A DNA stretch of 64,000 nucleotides from Antedon mediterranea (lineage: Eukaryota; Animalia; Echinodermata): positions 37,002,388 through 37,066,387 of the forward strand of contig NC_092670.1 of NCBI RefSeq assembly GCF_964355755.1, read 5' to 3'. The first letter of the stretch is position 1. Each line of letters opens with the position of its first letter. The notes under the pieces were generated by a model that made no database searches, had not been told where the DNA came from, and was given only the letters and a program-made list of their open reading frames with translations. Both the position numbers and the translations under genes were made by a program. Shown here piece after piece: positions 25,976-38,759 of this stretch.

Positions 25976-27386
25976 TATTTTATTTTGTATCTCCATTGAG
26001 ATCCAGCCACTGATACCCATAGAGTTGTCAATTTGTCAGTAATTTGCCTTTGGATTTATAAAACATATATTTTTTTGCAACGACAATGATAGAGCTACTA
26101 TTGTTTTAATTCAGTTTAGTTTATATTATTGGTGCTTGTTTAATGCCAACATTTAGATCCATTCCTTTTTATATATATTCATAATATTTAGCTCTAAGGA
26201 GCTTAGTCGTATAATCCGTGATTTAATCTTCCAGGGACCGCGCACGTCAGTGGGATAATTTACTGACAGTCGACTGCATTCTAGAAGATTTTCTCATGTT
26301 CTATACATCTAAAGGGTAAACAAACATACAGACGTTCATAACGTCTCGTGCTCAATATTAACAGAGCGCCTCATTATGGCACATCAATTCAATTTTATTT
26401 CGAAAATGTCATCCATATCGACAAACGTACAAACAGAAAAAAGAAAAAAGAAAATTCGCCAACTAAAAGCTTAAATATATAGGATAATTCTCCATCTACA
26501 ATACATGTTTTGAGTTATGGAGTATATGTTTGCAAACACAAACAACAAGAAAATAAGAATACATCGCCAGTCAGTATAATAGGCAAAAACACTTTTTAGT
26601 ATCATTGTTTTACCATTCGTGTGAAACGAGGAAATCAGATTTAGATTTCTATATTGGTCATTAAACATTAGTCCACACGATGTTTCTGGCTTAGAATGTG
26701 TTCACTAGGCCTGTACTGCTGTTATACAGTAACAAAGTATTGAAACTACCATAAACAAAATCAGTTTTAGTCCACGTATTTAGAATAGGTGGTCTAATAA
26801 AAAAAATAGGCAGAGCAGATGGAAATTAACTGCCAGTTGCTATGACGATCAATCAATCAAAATCGATGCATGCAAAATCATAGTAATAGAATTCTGTCAA
26901 TTAAATTGCTTAAGCAAAGAATATATTAAAAATCATGCAGAGATTATAATTTGTAGGTTTACACTAATTATACCGGTATCGGTGTAAAGGAAATAATATT
27001 GAGGTTGATTTTGTAAAATCAGTCACAACTCTCTCTTTTTTTAAAATAAGCATTCTCTTTCTCGGCTGTGTGGCTTGGCTGGAAATTATGACTTTCTGTT
27101 AAAAAATGTTAACAATAATATAGGAAATGTCCTACTTACGTTTGTGATGGTAATCCAAAGTATTTAATATTCCACTTAATTGTTTTCGAGTGTGCTGTGT
27201 ACTATGAACAGCCGTCAAACGTTGTTATCACTGTTCGACCAGTACTATTGAAATGTCTCTCTAATCATCATAATTGTAGCATTGTTGCAGAGCTGTCGCT
27301 GTGTAGCTGCATCCTCATCCTCAGTGTCAAAGGTAAAAAGAGAAATTATATTGGTGGCGTTTGTCATTTTTACACAAATTCAAACG

Positions 27387-28262
27387 TCATGGTTCCCACT
27401 AGAGACGTAGGACAAGGACGTATGGAGAAACGCAAGCGAGTTTACCATTAAACTTGGTTTCCACTAGGACGCAACGTAATGACGTAAGCGCAACCCAAGT
27501 AAATTGACAAATCACAAGCAATGGTTCATTCGAACTGTCACTTGTGACGTTGTGTTTACGTCTTTGCGTTGCGTAATAGTGGGAACCAAGCATAATGCTT
27601 GGTTCCCACTAGCGACACAACACAAGGACGTAACGCAACGCAAGTGAATTGACCAATCACAAGCGATGGCTTATTCGCTTGTGATTGCTAACTGTCTATA
27701 ACTTCGCTTGTCATTGGTTAAAACGCTTGCGTTGCGTTTACGTCCTTGCGTCACGTTCTAGTGGGAACCAAGCTTAATGCTTGGTTTCCAATTGAGAGGC
27801 AAGACAAGAACGTAACGCAACGCAACGTAAGTGAGTTGACCAATCACAAGCGATGAATTATTCGAACGGTCGCTTGTCATTGATTGGTTTGTTTGTTAGT
27901 TTATTTTTATACTGGGTTACCTCTTCAGTCAAAGACTGGTCTCCCAGAGGGCCCGGTTGGTGATCATTGGCTGTGATGTACTAATACACCGGGGTAACCC
28001 CCTACTCGTCTCGAAAGATGTACTAGGTTATTTAAAGTGCACACGAGCTAGTTGTGTACACTGGACCTACGGTTTATAGTCCTTATCCGAGAAGACTCGT
28101 TCTATCACCAGAACCATGGAGTGAGTGAGCCTCGAACCCCTGCCGATGTTATGGTTACGTAATTACGGTTCCACTGTCTTAACCGCTCGGCCACTCACTC
28201 ACTGGTCAACACGTTTGCGTTGCGTTTACGTCCTTGCGTTACATCCTAGTGAAAACCAAGTT
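27387..28262. mobile_element. Cluster of four abutting H1-type MITEs (partial, H1c, H1a at 27596-27774, and an H1c split by a SINE)
   Basis: Repeated GGTTCCCACTAG/GGTTTCCACTAG termini separated only by TAA. Confidence 0.8.
27888..28200 (-). mobile_element. tRNA-derived SINE with a Deu/Nin-like central domain
   Basis: A box TGGCCGAGCGG (28193-28183), B box GGTTCGAGGCT (28138-28128); body GTCTTCTCGGATAAGGACTATAAACCGTAGGTCC...GAGTAGGGGGTTACCCCGGTGT resembles the Deu/Nin domain as I recall it; (AAAC)n tail. Second copy at 42891-43168. Confidence 0.75.
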
Positions 28263-29103
28263 TAGAAGCGAGTTTGAATAATCCATCACTAAATCATCAT
28301 CACTAAAATATTGTTCTTTTTACTAATTTTGGTCTAGAACATAGACTCTAGCATAGATCATAGGTCGTCACAAACCGATAGCAGTTCATATATGTTAGTG
28401 GGTGTGGTCTGATAGACAACCAAGAACCAATAGGCCTCTTTTAACCCAATACAAAATAATGTTCAACGCACGTATAGATTAGGCCTAACCTTTATTAAGG
28501 GCTATAAGATTGATACAGCTATGCGGGTTAAGTATAACAATAATACATGAATATAAAAATATGATATAATAATCCATACAACCTAATTCACAGAGCCAAC
28601 GCTATCAGCGTCTGTTTTCTATATTTACAATAAGACAATAAGATACAATGTTTTTCCATACAGAATTCTACTTTTTCATAAAATACTGGTAAAAACACAT
28701 TTATAAACCTGAGACATCATTTCTATCGTAGATATATTTCACATAACATTATAGCTGTATTGGCGCAGTTCACGATCAAACAAATGCGTTTCAGATTTTA
28801 AAGTTACTGATACTCTAAACGCGTTTTTAGAATTTAAACTCGAATCCTAAACGCATTTTTGTTTGACACCTTTAAACATGTTCGTAATTTAACCGAATAA
28901 ATAGCATGTATTATATTTTAATTACTTTTTTTATGTACAATAGAAAGTTTAAAATACATATTTATTGTTCTTTATGTAATTAAAGTTTAAAGTAGTTTAC
29001 ATATTATCAATTTACAATGTCTAGGTCTAAATAGATTAACAATTAGAAAAACAATATTACTATATGTTTAGTTATTTACTGTATTAAGCTTCTAAACTAA
29101 TTA

Positions 29104-32100
29104 TCATTGCGGTCGCCAACCAGTCGCAAATTTCATAATCTTCGCAGCATCAATCTCCGACATTCCTAAATCTGATTTTAACATTTCCTTATTTAAATCA
29201 ACCAGCATGTCACCATCAATTTTGTGAGTTTTAAAAGTTTCTATGTACTTCTCCAAGTTTAGCAATCGCATGCATTCACTTATTTGGGCAACATTAACTC
29301 CTTTAAGATTTCTTGGTACATCAGCCATCGAACGTATTTCATTGTTGTTACTACTGATGCGATTCCGGAACGGCTTGGGTTGTGTCTGTGGACCAGTTCT
29401 AGGGGTATAGTGTATCGCCGGGCTTGAAAACTGACGTTTCGTTGGTGGGGGCAATGTACCGCCGTTTGTAAGTTTCTGCTGTTTGAATGGGTATGCGTCG
29501 CTTTCTCTACGTGGGGCATATCCATTATTGAAAGTTTGGTTGGTTAGCCCGTCTACCAGATCTGATTGCGATTTCCGTCGTTCTGTTGCCATCTTTAGTT
29601 CGGTCATTAGGTCGACTGTCTGGTTCTGTGGCTTAGGCCTGGGACTTTGTTGCTGTACAGGTCTAAGCTTTGCTAACTGACTTGCGAATTCATTATAGGG
29701 TTCTTCTGATACTGACCGTGTGAAATCAGCACGTTGAGAATTGAAAACCGGTGGGAGTGGTGGTGGCAATGGCGCCGCTGGTTGTTGCGAAACTGGATCT
29801 TGGAAAGCAGGTGGTGGGGGTGGCGAAGGTGGAACAGTACCATTCATTGTATTGTTTGCGTAAATATGATGTGGGAACATTTCCACTTCTGCGTTCATGT
29901 AGTCTGTTTCATCTTCTGGATAACGATGTATGACAGCATCCACTATATGTTGGTTAGGAGAAACGTTGATGATGTCTGACTGATGTCTCCAGTTGTTGTT
30001 TATCATTTGGTTATTATGACCTCTGGATGATCTTGGTGTTGTGGCATAAGCAGACAAAGCTCTCTGGTGTTCCATCTCTTGTTTCTTGTAGTCTGGAACA
30101 GGAATATCTACTGGCATGTTCTTCCTTAGTGTTGCGTAAAATTCAGGGCCCTCAGCAAGACGATCTTGTTGAGTATCTCTGTGAAGGTCGGTGATTACTG
30201 ATCCATTTCGTCGTTCAGGACGGGATGCATCCATTCGACCATCTAGTGAGGAATTTGATGAGAAAGAAGAAACTGAAGGTGTGTTTCCTTTCTTTAGGAT
30301 TGACCGAGGCGTGGTTGACGTCGAATTGTCTCGTTTCTCTTTTGGTGTTTTCTCAGTCTGCTGTTTAGAATCTTTTACCTGTTTTGGTAATTTTGTTTTT
30401 GAATTTGTTTGATTATTTTTCTTAACTGATGTTGGCGTTGACTGATCAGATTTTGGAGAGCTTTTTTGAGTGACATCATTTGTTGGCGAAGGAGGTGCCT
30501 GGGATTTGGGTGTTGAAGACGCCTGAGCTTTTGGGGCTGACGGTGCCTTAGCTTTCACTGGTGTTTTATTCTCTTTAACTTGTGTCTTGTTGTTAACGTC
30601 ACTCTTTTCAGTTTCTTTTACCTTGTTAGGTACTTCTTTAGTCTGCGAAGACGAATTATTACCAGCTTTCTTGTTGGATTTCTTTGATTGTCCTTCACCT
30701 TTAGAAGCTGATTGTTCAACTTTTCCATTTTCTTTCTTAGGAGCCTTTTGCTTTTGTCTGGCTGGTTGTGATTTTGACCTTTTTTCTGCAGACTTTTCGG
30801 CAGACTTTGCCACTTTTCTTCCTCTACCATTCTGTACAACGGGAGTTGCTTCCTTTCTTTCAGTTTGGGTTTCTAGATTTGGTTTATTACCAGCATCATT
30901 ATTTGTCTTTTTGTCATTTTCTGAGTTACTTTCGATAACTGTGGGCCGTTTCTTTTTTCTACGACCAGTCAATGTTCCGAACAGCCAACCAGAAAAAGAT
31001 CCTTTCTCTGAACCATTCTTATTCTTTTTATTTTTGGTGTCTTTTAAAATGTCACCTGTCGAGACAGCTTTTTTCAAACGTTCCTCGCGTTCCATTGCGT
31101 TCACATACGTTTTTGAACCGCGTGCTCCCAGACTTCTGGGTTTTTCTGCTAATTGATCGACTGATTTTGAACGTGTACGTACTGGGCCGACAGTTTTTGA
31201 CGCTGGGCTGCTACTACCGGAAGGTGGCCTCCGTTTTTGTTTTGTTTCTACATATAGGACAGCAGCTGGGACAGCGTGCTCAATGTCTGTTTGCGTGGAA
31301 CTCTTTTCAAGTCGTTTGTCCGAGAAGAATGTGATTTCTAAAAGACAAAAAAAAACGTATTTGTAAATTAGAAAATATGATTAAAATCAGCATTGTTCTT
31401 TTCCCATAAACTAATGTATAATTAACACAGAAATTAAGATGTTTTATTATTATCATTTTAGTATTATTGGTATCATATTTTAGTTATTTCTCCACATGAG
31501 TGTATTCAGGCTTAGATATTTCTTAATTTCTCTAGACTTCTTTAAAATAATAAATATTACAAGATTTAGCAGGTTTGAAAGAAGATGATGTATCAACATG
31601 TCAGTATAATCGCTTTGCTTGTCATACACAATTTCTATGTTTGTAGTATTCTTCATCCTTCATGGAATAAATTGCCGACGGCAAACGACTCTCATACAGA
31701 TTAAATATGGTGTTCTGTTACAAATTGGCACGCATAAATATTTGTGAATATTGTATGTATTTATGCTGAAGAGTAATTGTCGTACGAAATGCATTTTTAC
31801 ATATAAATCAGCTCTAAGTGTGTTCAAGGTATACTGTATGGAATCGAACAAATATGATGTTTCTGTTACAAAATACCATAGACTTTCTCACTATTATGTT
31901 TGGGATACAGTCTGACACGTCTAACGTGTAGAGATGGGGACAGAATTTAATTATATCATGGTTTTTTATTGTTTTATCGCAGTTTTATACCATTTTAACT
32001 CTATTTTATGTGTACTTTTTTTTGGTCGTTGACAATGATTTTGACCAAACAAAATGAATGAATGAATGAATCTAGGGTGTTCGTAATCTATTATCTTGTT

Positions 32101-35100
32101 ACTAAAGCTCTTTTACACTATCGAAACTTGTTTTTACAAACAATTGTGATATGCTCAAATATAATAGTGATATGACATCATCATGTCCATATATGGGCAT
32201 ATCATTTTTTGTCACATAAAGTTTAATAGTGTAGACAGAGCTTAATGCCCCTTTTGACTAGATACTATTTATCAGATTGTTTAATGAGATGATGAATATC
32301 ATTGCTATTATAAAGTTGTGACTTACGATTGTTTCCCGCATTTAGCTTAAACGTTACGTGTTTGTTGACTAGCCTTTCCAGGAGATTTGTATATTTATCC
32401 CAATTTGCAACGGGACTGTCTCTAAAACATTCTGCAACAGCGACCTCTAGTTTTGCGTGAACTGGTAAGTTTATCACCATTGTATCTAATAAATCTATTA
32501 GGAAGAAATAAAATTGATAAAGATAGAAGCAATAGATTAATTGAATATAGGTTTATTTTAGAACAGTAGGTTAGGTATGCAAGAATTCACAGTCAGGGGG
32601 AAATGGCAAAGGCTTCCTACTTTCTAGGAGTTTTGTCAGATAATCTGTATTGTTTTGACAACTCTTGTAACGTGACCACAGAACTGATTTTGCCATTTCC
32701 CCCTAACTGTACTAATAATGTAAGTGGTGAACCATGAGCTCACTGTTGGTTGGGAAATGAATAAATAAATAAATAAATAAATAATGTGTTTTGTTCTTTA
32801 AATGCGGAGAATATTTCGTTGAAATAGAACTACAAATGTTTCAACTCATGTAAATATTCTTCTATTCAACCCATAAGTCGTGAGGTGGTTTCCCGAATGA
32901 TCGTAAAATCAAAAACGGTACTGTGTATGACCAACTAGCGTTATTGTCACCGGCTAGTCATCCATTCATAGAAGTACTGATGTAGTAGCCTACCTGTACG
33001 GAGACCATAGAATGTGACCCGAGGCATGACTAACTACGACTTTAGATGATAGGAAGTTGAGAAAAAATGTTACGAGTAGTTGTACGACATGAAGATGTTT
33101 ATGAAATTATGTCAATAATGTTTACACACTAGGCATACAAATAGGTTTTTAAAGAGTCTATCTAGTCGACCTAGTTTGAGCCTACTTTGATTAATTGCAT
33201 TTCCTTGTATGAAACTCTCCTCATACATTGTCTTTAGTAATAATGTGCTGAACTTTTCTTCAGTGGCTAACGTGTTTGCGAACTGTAGTCGGAATTTAGG
33301 GTCATCGTCTACAGCAAATCGGACCTCTCGTGGCAATAGACATCTGTCGATAATCTCCCGTAGGTACATCGGCTTTGAGTCTGTACATACAAGTAAATGC
33401 ATTGTGTTAATAACTGTAAAATTATCTATGATATATAGAGATTTAGAAATTCCAGCGGAAAAAATATGTTTAATTAATACTGGGTACAGTAATATACGCA
33501 ACGATTGTGTTTACAGCGTGTGGGTTACAGAGTTATCCTGTTAGACATAATCTCTCCACTGTTTCTTTCTAAAAACAGAGGATTTAATTAAATTTCAAAC
33601 AAAGATTTAACAAAAATGAACATTGGAGTTAAGTCAATCTCAATTTTAAACAGATACATAAAATAGACAATTTTCAGTACAGAACTAAATTATGTCTGTA
33701 GTTTATACAAGAATATTTAAAAATCTTGAAAATGGAAAATACTGTCCGGTTTCGCTGCTTTCTTTTTATGTTATACAATCAGTCCGGCCATATATTAATT
33801 GTGTTACTTACTTTTTCCTTTACTATTAATAATTTCAAACCGTGCGTTTCCATATCGTATTGGTATACTAATGTGGTTTCCCCTCCGATCACTGGCAAGA
33901 ACTCTCGTCTGTCGACAAAGCTGATGAATTCGCATCACCTAAAAATAATCTCACATTATTATTGAGCTAAGGTAGAATTCCCACGAGGAGAATTTATTGT
34001 TATTGAAAGCGTCAGTATTCAATATTTCCATGTAGGCCTACTTTGTGACGTTAAGCCGGTCTGGGCGCATTACATATCCTCGCTGGAACACTGAACGCCT
34101 ACGTAGATCCTTTCTCCCATCTGCTATGAGGCATTTTAATGTAATGTGGAAAAGACAAACGCAATAAGTATCTTAGCTGTATTTTTAACTCAATTTGTAT
34201 TTGTTGTGCCCTCTTTTAACTTTTTATATGACATCTTGTTCTCAGTTTTATGTGATTTTATTCTTTTTTACTGTTTGTGCGACAATGTTTTTAGACGATT
34301 TTAATGTGTGTACTTTCAGCCAAAGTTTTAACCCATTCATGAGTTTGGACAATAAAGTTTATTGAATTGAATTGAAAAACTGCGCAAAGAATCATTGATT
34401 AGGAATAGTCAATTTGCCAAGTGGAAAACAGGCTTTTCAAACAATCAAACATTTGGATGACTTAAACGCGGGAAACAAAGGCAACGGTTTCCTACTTTCT
34501 AGGATTTTTATTAGATAATCTATAGTTTTTGAAAACCCTTGTAACATGATCACAGTGCTGATTTTTCCAATTTTCCTCTAACTGTAATAGCAATTATATG
34601 GTCTTCATGACTTTTTTTCTGCTTTATATTTTCATTTGGCACCAATAATATCATTGTAAATTTAGTTCAGTTAGTGTTTAAACTGTGCTAACAGTTTATG
34701 AAAAGAAACCTTTGGAAATCAATACTGCAGTTACAGTTACCTGTAGTAATGTTAAAATATATATTTCTAAGAATGCAGTCGTGAGGTGGTTTCCCGAATG
34801 ATCGTAAAATCAAAACGGTACTGGGTATGACCAACTAGCGTTCTTGTCACCAACTAGTCATCCATTCATAGAAGTACTGATGTAGTAGCCTATCTGTACG
34901 GTGACCATAGAATGTGACCCGAGACATGACTAACTACGACTTTTAGTTGATAGAAGATTTAACAAATTTTGTTAGTTGTACTGTATGTGGATGTTTGATG
35001 AAATTACACACTAGGCATATTAATAGTAATGTTTGTTAGTATAAATAATTTTGAGTTAATAAGATATAAGGAAGAAAAGCAAATATACTATGGAGCGGAT

Positions 35101-35926
35101 ATTCCTTAATATACAATACTAAGTATCGTAGTTTTAAATTATAAATTTAAGGCGATCTTGTCAAATAGAAATAGAAAATAATAGTATCAACATTATAGAT
35201 TTCAATAATATAAGTTACCGTGTGGCTGGTGGTATATTTTAAGTACAGTACAAAGAAATTAATACATTGAATAAACTACATTCAGTATTGAATTGTTGAA
35301 AAGGAATTTGTACCATTATTATTATTATTATTATTTGAAGCGATGCGCTTCAAATAAATTCGACACGCATAGTGAGCAGATATTTATTTAAGGGTTAAGT
35401 GTTAATTTTCGATTCGGTAGGCATATTAAAAAGTATTTAGTTATAAGCCTATGTTGAGTCTAGTTCGACTAAAAACATAGTACCACTACCATAACAAACA
35501 ATTAAGCAAAGTAAAAATATATTATTAAACATTACTTTGATCTTAACAACTGTAGATAATAATTTGTTATTATCATTATTATGTTATGATGTTTGGTTGT
35601 CATGGTTATGTATGCTAAATATAGTAAATTTTCAGTCCGCTTTTCAAAATTTGTCTAGTGTACAGTGCAGTTATCAGTTATCTATGTTAAAGTTAGATTT
35701 GTACAAAAAGTAAACAACCAGGAGACATATAGTACTTAGGCCTATAGTTATGGATCATGAAAGATGTTTTTCTATACCCTACCTTTCCCGCTGAAAAACT
35801 TTCATTCTCATCTGGTGAGTATGTACCAGCGGTGACCTTGAGGATTTGTGGGAAGGTGTACTTCCGGAGAACATCTTTGAGACTGTGAGTTTGCCTAGAC
35901 CACTTTATGTCTTCCACTTTAGACAT
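29104..35926 (-). CDS. GAREM-like adaptor: N-terminal CABIT-like domain, long disordered Lys/Pro-rich linker, C-terminal SAM domain (about 955 aa; paralogue A)
   Basis: Exons 35926-35783, 33938-33812, 33380-33186, 32494-32327, 31337-29104 (all GT-AG; phases 0,1,1,1; 2868 nt). In-frame TAA two codons before the ATG. N-terminus DIKWSRQTHSLKDVLRKYTFPQI resembles GAREM DVKWS...YRLPQI; C-terminus KIDGDMLVDL...KIMKFATGWRPQ matches the GAREM SAM ending (KIDG.LL..L...KIM.F..GWRP). Confidence 0.9.
32876..33140. repeat. Intronic repeat of about 270 bp (copy 1)
   Basis: GTCGTGAGGTGGTTTCCCGAATGATCG...CATGACTAACTACGACTT...ACACACTAGGCATA; second copy at 34777-35020. Confidence 0.8.
34777..35020. repeat. 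Intronic repeat of about 250 bp (copy 2)
   Basis: Highly similar to 32876-33140. Confidence 0.8.
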
Positions 35927-35969
35927 AGTTTATGCCGAACGGTAACAGGTCTCACCTAAAATAATTTAT

Positions 35970-36092
35970 ACAGTATAAAAAAGCATGTCTTTGGTGATAA
36001 CACTATAAAAAACATCTCTTTGGTGATAACAGTATAAAACAGCACCTCTTTGGTGATAAAAGTATTTAAAAAAAAGCATCTCTTTGGTGATA
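35970..36092. repeat. Tandem repeat, about 30-bp unit, 4 copies
   Basis: CAGTATAAAAAAGCATCTCTTTGGTGATAA variants just upstream of the paralogue A acceptor. Confidence 0.75.
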
Positions 36093-36576
36093 TACTGTAC
36101 AGTAGTGTCGTCTCCACTTTACACGAGGTTTTTAAAGAGTCTATCTAGTCGACCTAGTTTGAGCTACACCATGAAAGCCTCAGTGGTCTAATAGTCGGAT
36201 GCCTGTAGATTCCTGGTTCGAATCTCGGTTTTCTCAAATGTCTTCATCATCTTCTTCACCGTTTATAAATTAATTGAATGTTAATGTTATTTCATATTTA
36301 TTTAAGGTTATGTAGGGCATGGAGGATATTTCCTCCATGGGTAAAGGTTAGTTGGGCTCCAATCTAAGCAAAAAAAACTCTTTCATGATGAATCCTTTCT
36401 GTTTCATATATACCGTACAATTCCACCATATTGTAGGCCTACAGTACAAACATTACACCGTACATATTATTGTTAACAGTAACACATTTTATACAGTAGT
36501 AAATCACTGTTACAATATTAGCACAGACTAGTTTAGTGAATGTTTGCTCAAACTAAGCCAATGAAATCAATGTGAG

Positions 36577-36579
<3 letters not shown>

Positions 36580-36629
<50 letters not shown>
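36580..36629. repeat. Poly-T run of about 50 nt, likely the poly(A) tail of a minus-strand retroposon
   Basis: T50; a tRNA-like B-box remnant on the minus strand (GGTTCAAGTCC) lies near 36815-36825. Confidence 0.6.
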
Positions 36630-36632
<3 letters not shown>

Positions 36633-37452
36633 TATTTAGGCAAATTGCCAAGGATAACCATAAGCAAATTCAATCACTATCCTTCTTAAAGGTGGCAATC
36701 CGTTCACGAGACAAACATATACACACAATGCTCTACATAAACAAAGTCTTTATTACAAGTCTTTGGGAGTGGAGTTGTAAATTGTCATTAGAAAAAATCC
36801 TGACATATGACAGGACTTGAACCCAGGACCCTTGGATTCAAGTATCGAGACAGTATGTATGGTCGTTTTTCTTACATTGTTATTGAAACGTTAACAACAT
36901 ATATTACGTCTAAAATACACTATAGTTTACTGACCTGTATCGTAATTAGATTATTTCACATCCTAATGTTTCCAAAAAAAAACGAAACGTCAGTAAATAA
37001 TTTAAATACAGTGATTAATACAGTAACAAAGATAATCCAGAGAACTACAGTTATACTAGCTTAACCTGTTGATCGGGTGTACACACTTATGACGTGAGAA
37101 TATGGTCCGAAGTATTTGCATTACTTTACGCCACATTTATCGTAATCATTCATCCGATCAAGCAATATACCACTTCTATTGTCATTGCTCAAACACCCCA
37201 ACCAGCATTATCATTGAAACTGCTCAGCAAATAGTGAAAAGGGAGAAATCACGATTGCTCGTGTATTACATCAACTATTGGATTTAAAGGGCAAACGCAG
37301 TTCGGTTCATGCTACAGTAAACTAAGTTAAATTATAAGAAGCACGTTTGTCTTAACAGGCGCAATTTACGTACGCCGGGTGCCGTTTACGTTTGGCGTAG
37401 TTTACGTCGTGTGCGGTCTACGTTGCGTGCAGTTTGCGTTTAAAGCAGTTTA

Positions 37453-38223
37453 AGCTTGGTTCTCACTAGAACGTAACGCAATGACGTAAACGCAACGTAA
37501 GCGTGTTGACCAATGACAAGCGAAGTTATAGACAGTTAGCAATCACAAGCGAATAAGCCATCGCTTGTGATTGGTCAATTCACTTGCGTTGCGTTACGTC
37601 CTTGCGTTGCGTCGCTAGTGGGAACCACCCTTTAAGCGTGGTTCTCACTAGAACGCAATGCAGTGACGTATTGATGCAAAGTGATGATATTGCGTAAACA
37701 CGACGGCGTAACATTGCTGCAAAGATGATTTCACGCAGGCGGGGCAAACACAATTATTGGAATGGCATTTTCTTACGTTGCGTCGCTAGTGGTAACCAAG
37801 CTTTGTGGACGTCTAACGCAGTTTACATCTAGAGCTTGGTTCCCACTAGGACGTAACGCAAGGAGGTAAACGCAACACAATCGTGTTGACCAATGACACG
37901 TGACAGTTCAAATAATCTATCGATTGTGATTGGTCAACTCACTTACGTTGTGTTGCGTTCTAGTGCAGTGCGGAGTGCAGTTTAAGTTGCGTGCAGTTAA
38001 TGTTTGATGCAGTTTATGGTTGACATGCTTTACTGTACGTCTAATGCTTGGTTCCCACTAGCGACGCAACACAACGACGTAACGCAACGCAAGTGAATTG
38101 ACCAATCACAAGCAATGGCTTATTTGCTTGTGATTGCTAACTGTCTATAACTTCGCTTGTCATTGGCTAAAACGCTTGCGTTGCGTTTACGTCCTTGCTT
38201 TACGTTCTAGTGGGAACCAAGCT
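37453..38223. mobile_element. Cluster of four H1-type MITEs (H1a reverse 37453-37631, H1b reverse 37635-37802, H1c 37833-37963, H1a 38045-38223)
   Basis: Shared TIRs with TTA/TAA flanks, embedded in a GCAGTTTACGT-type low-complexity tract. Confidence 0.8.
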
Positions 38224-38759
38224 TGAAGCAGGTTACGTGTAACGCAGTTTATATCTATGTTACGAATAAATAAAACGCTGTGGCTTGTACTTTGTACGTT
38301 ATATTAAGCTCTGTCTATACTATCAAACTGTATGTGTCAAAAAAGTTTGATGTGCCCATATATGGTAGTGCTACAGTATGCTCAAATATGGTAGTGATAT
38401 GACATCATCATGTTTATATGTGGGCACATCACATTTTTTGACACATAAAGTTTGATAATGACAAGGCATTAGTATGAAATTATGAGATCCCAATCAACAC
38501 GAATACTGGTCTAGGACATTATAATTCAGCTTTTTAATATAAATTACAACTTTTAATTTTAATCAATACAATAGACCAATATCAATTGCGATCATGACAG
38601 ATGGTTCCATTATAATCTGTGTATAGGCCTAATGAAATATAATAAGGGATGGTAAATAGATATGCAATTGTGTACAACCATAATGAAATGTCTGAATACT
38701 CATTAAGCTGCAGTATACGGTAGTATCCAAATATAAATTTAGCAAGTTCAAAATGAAGC

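Noticed and set aside
29280-31334. Several antisense and off-frame ORFs
   Set aside because: Shadows of the large last exon of paralogue A; the same applies to 48244-48901 for paralogue B.
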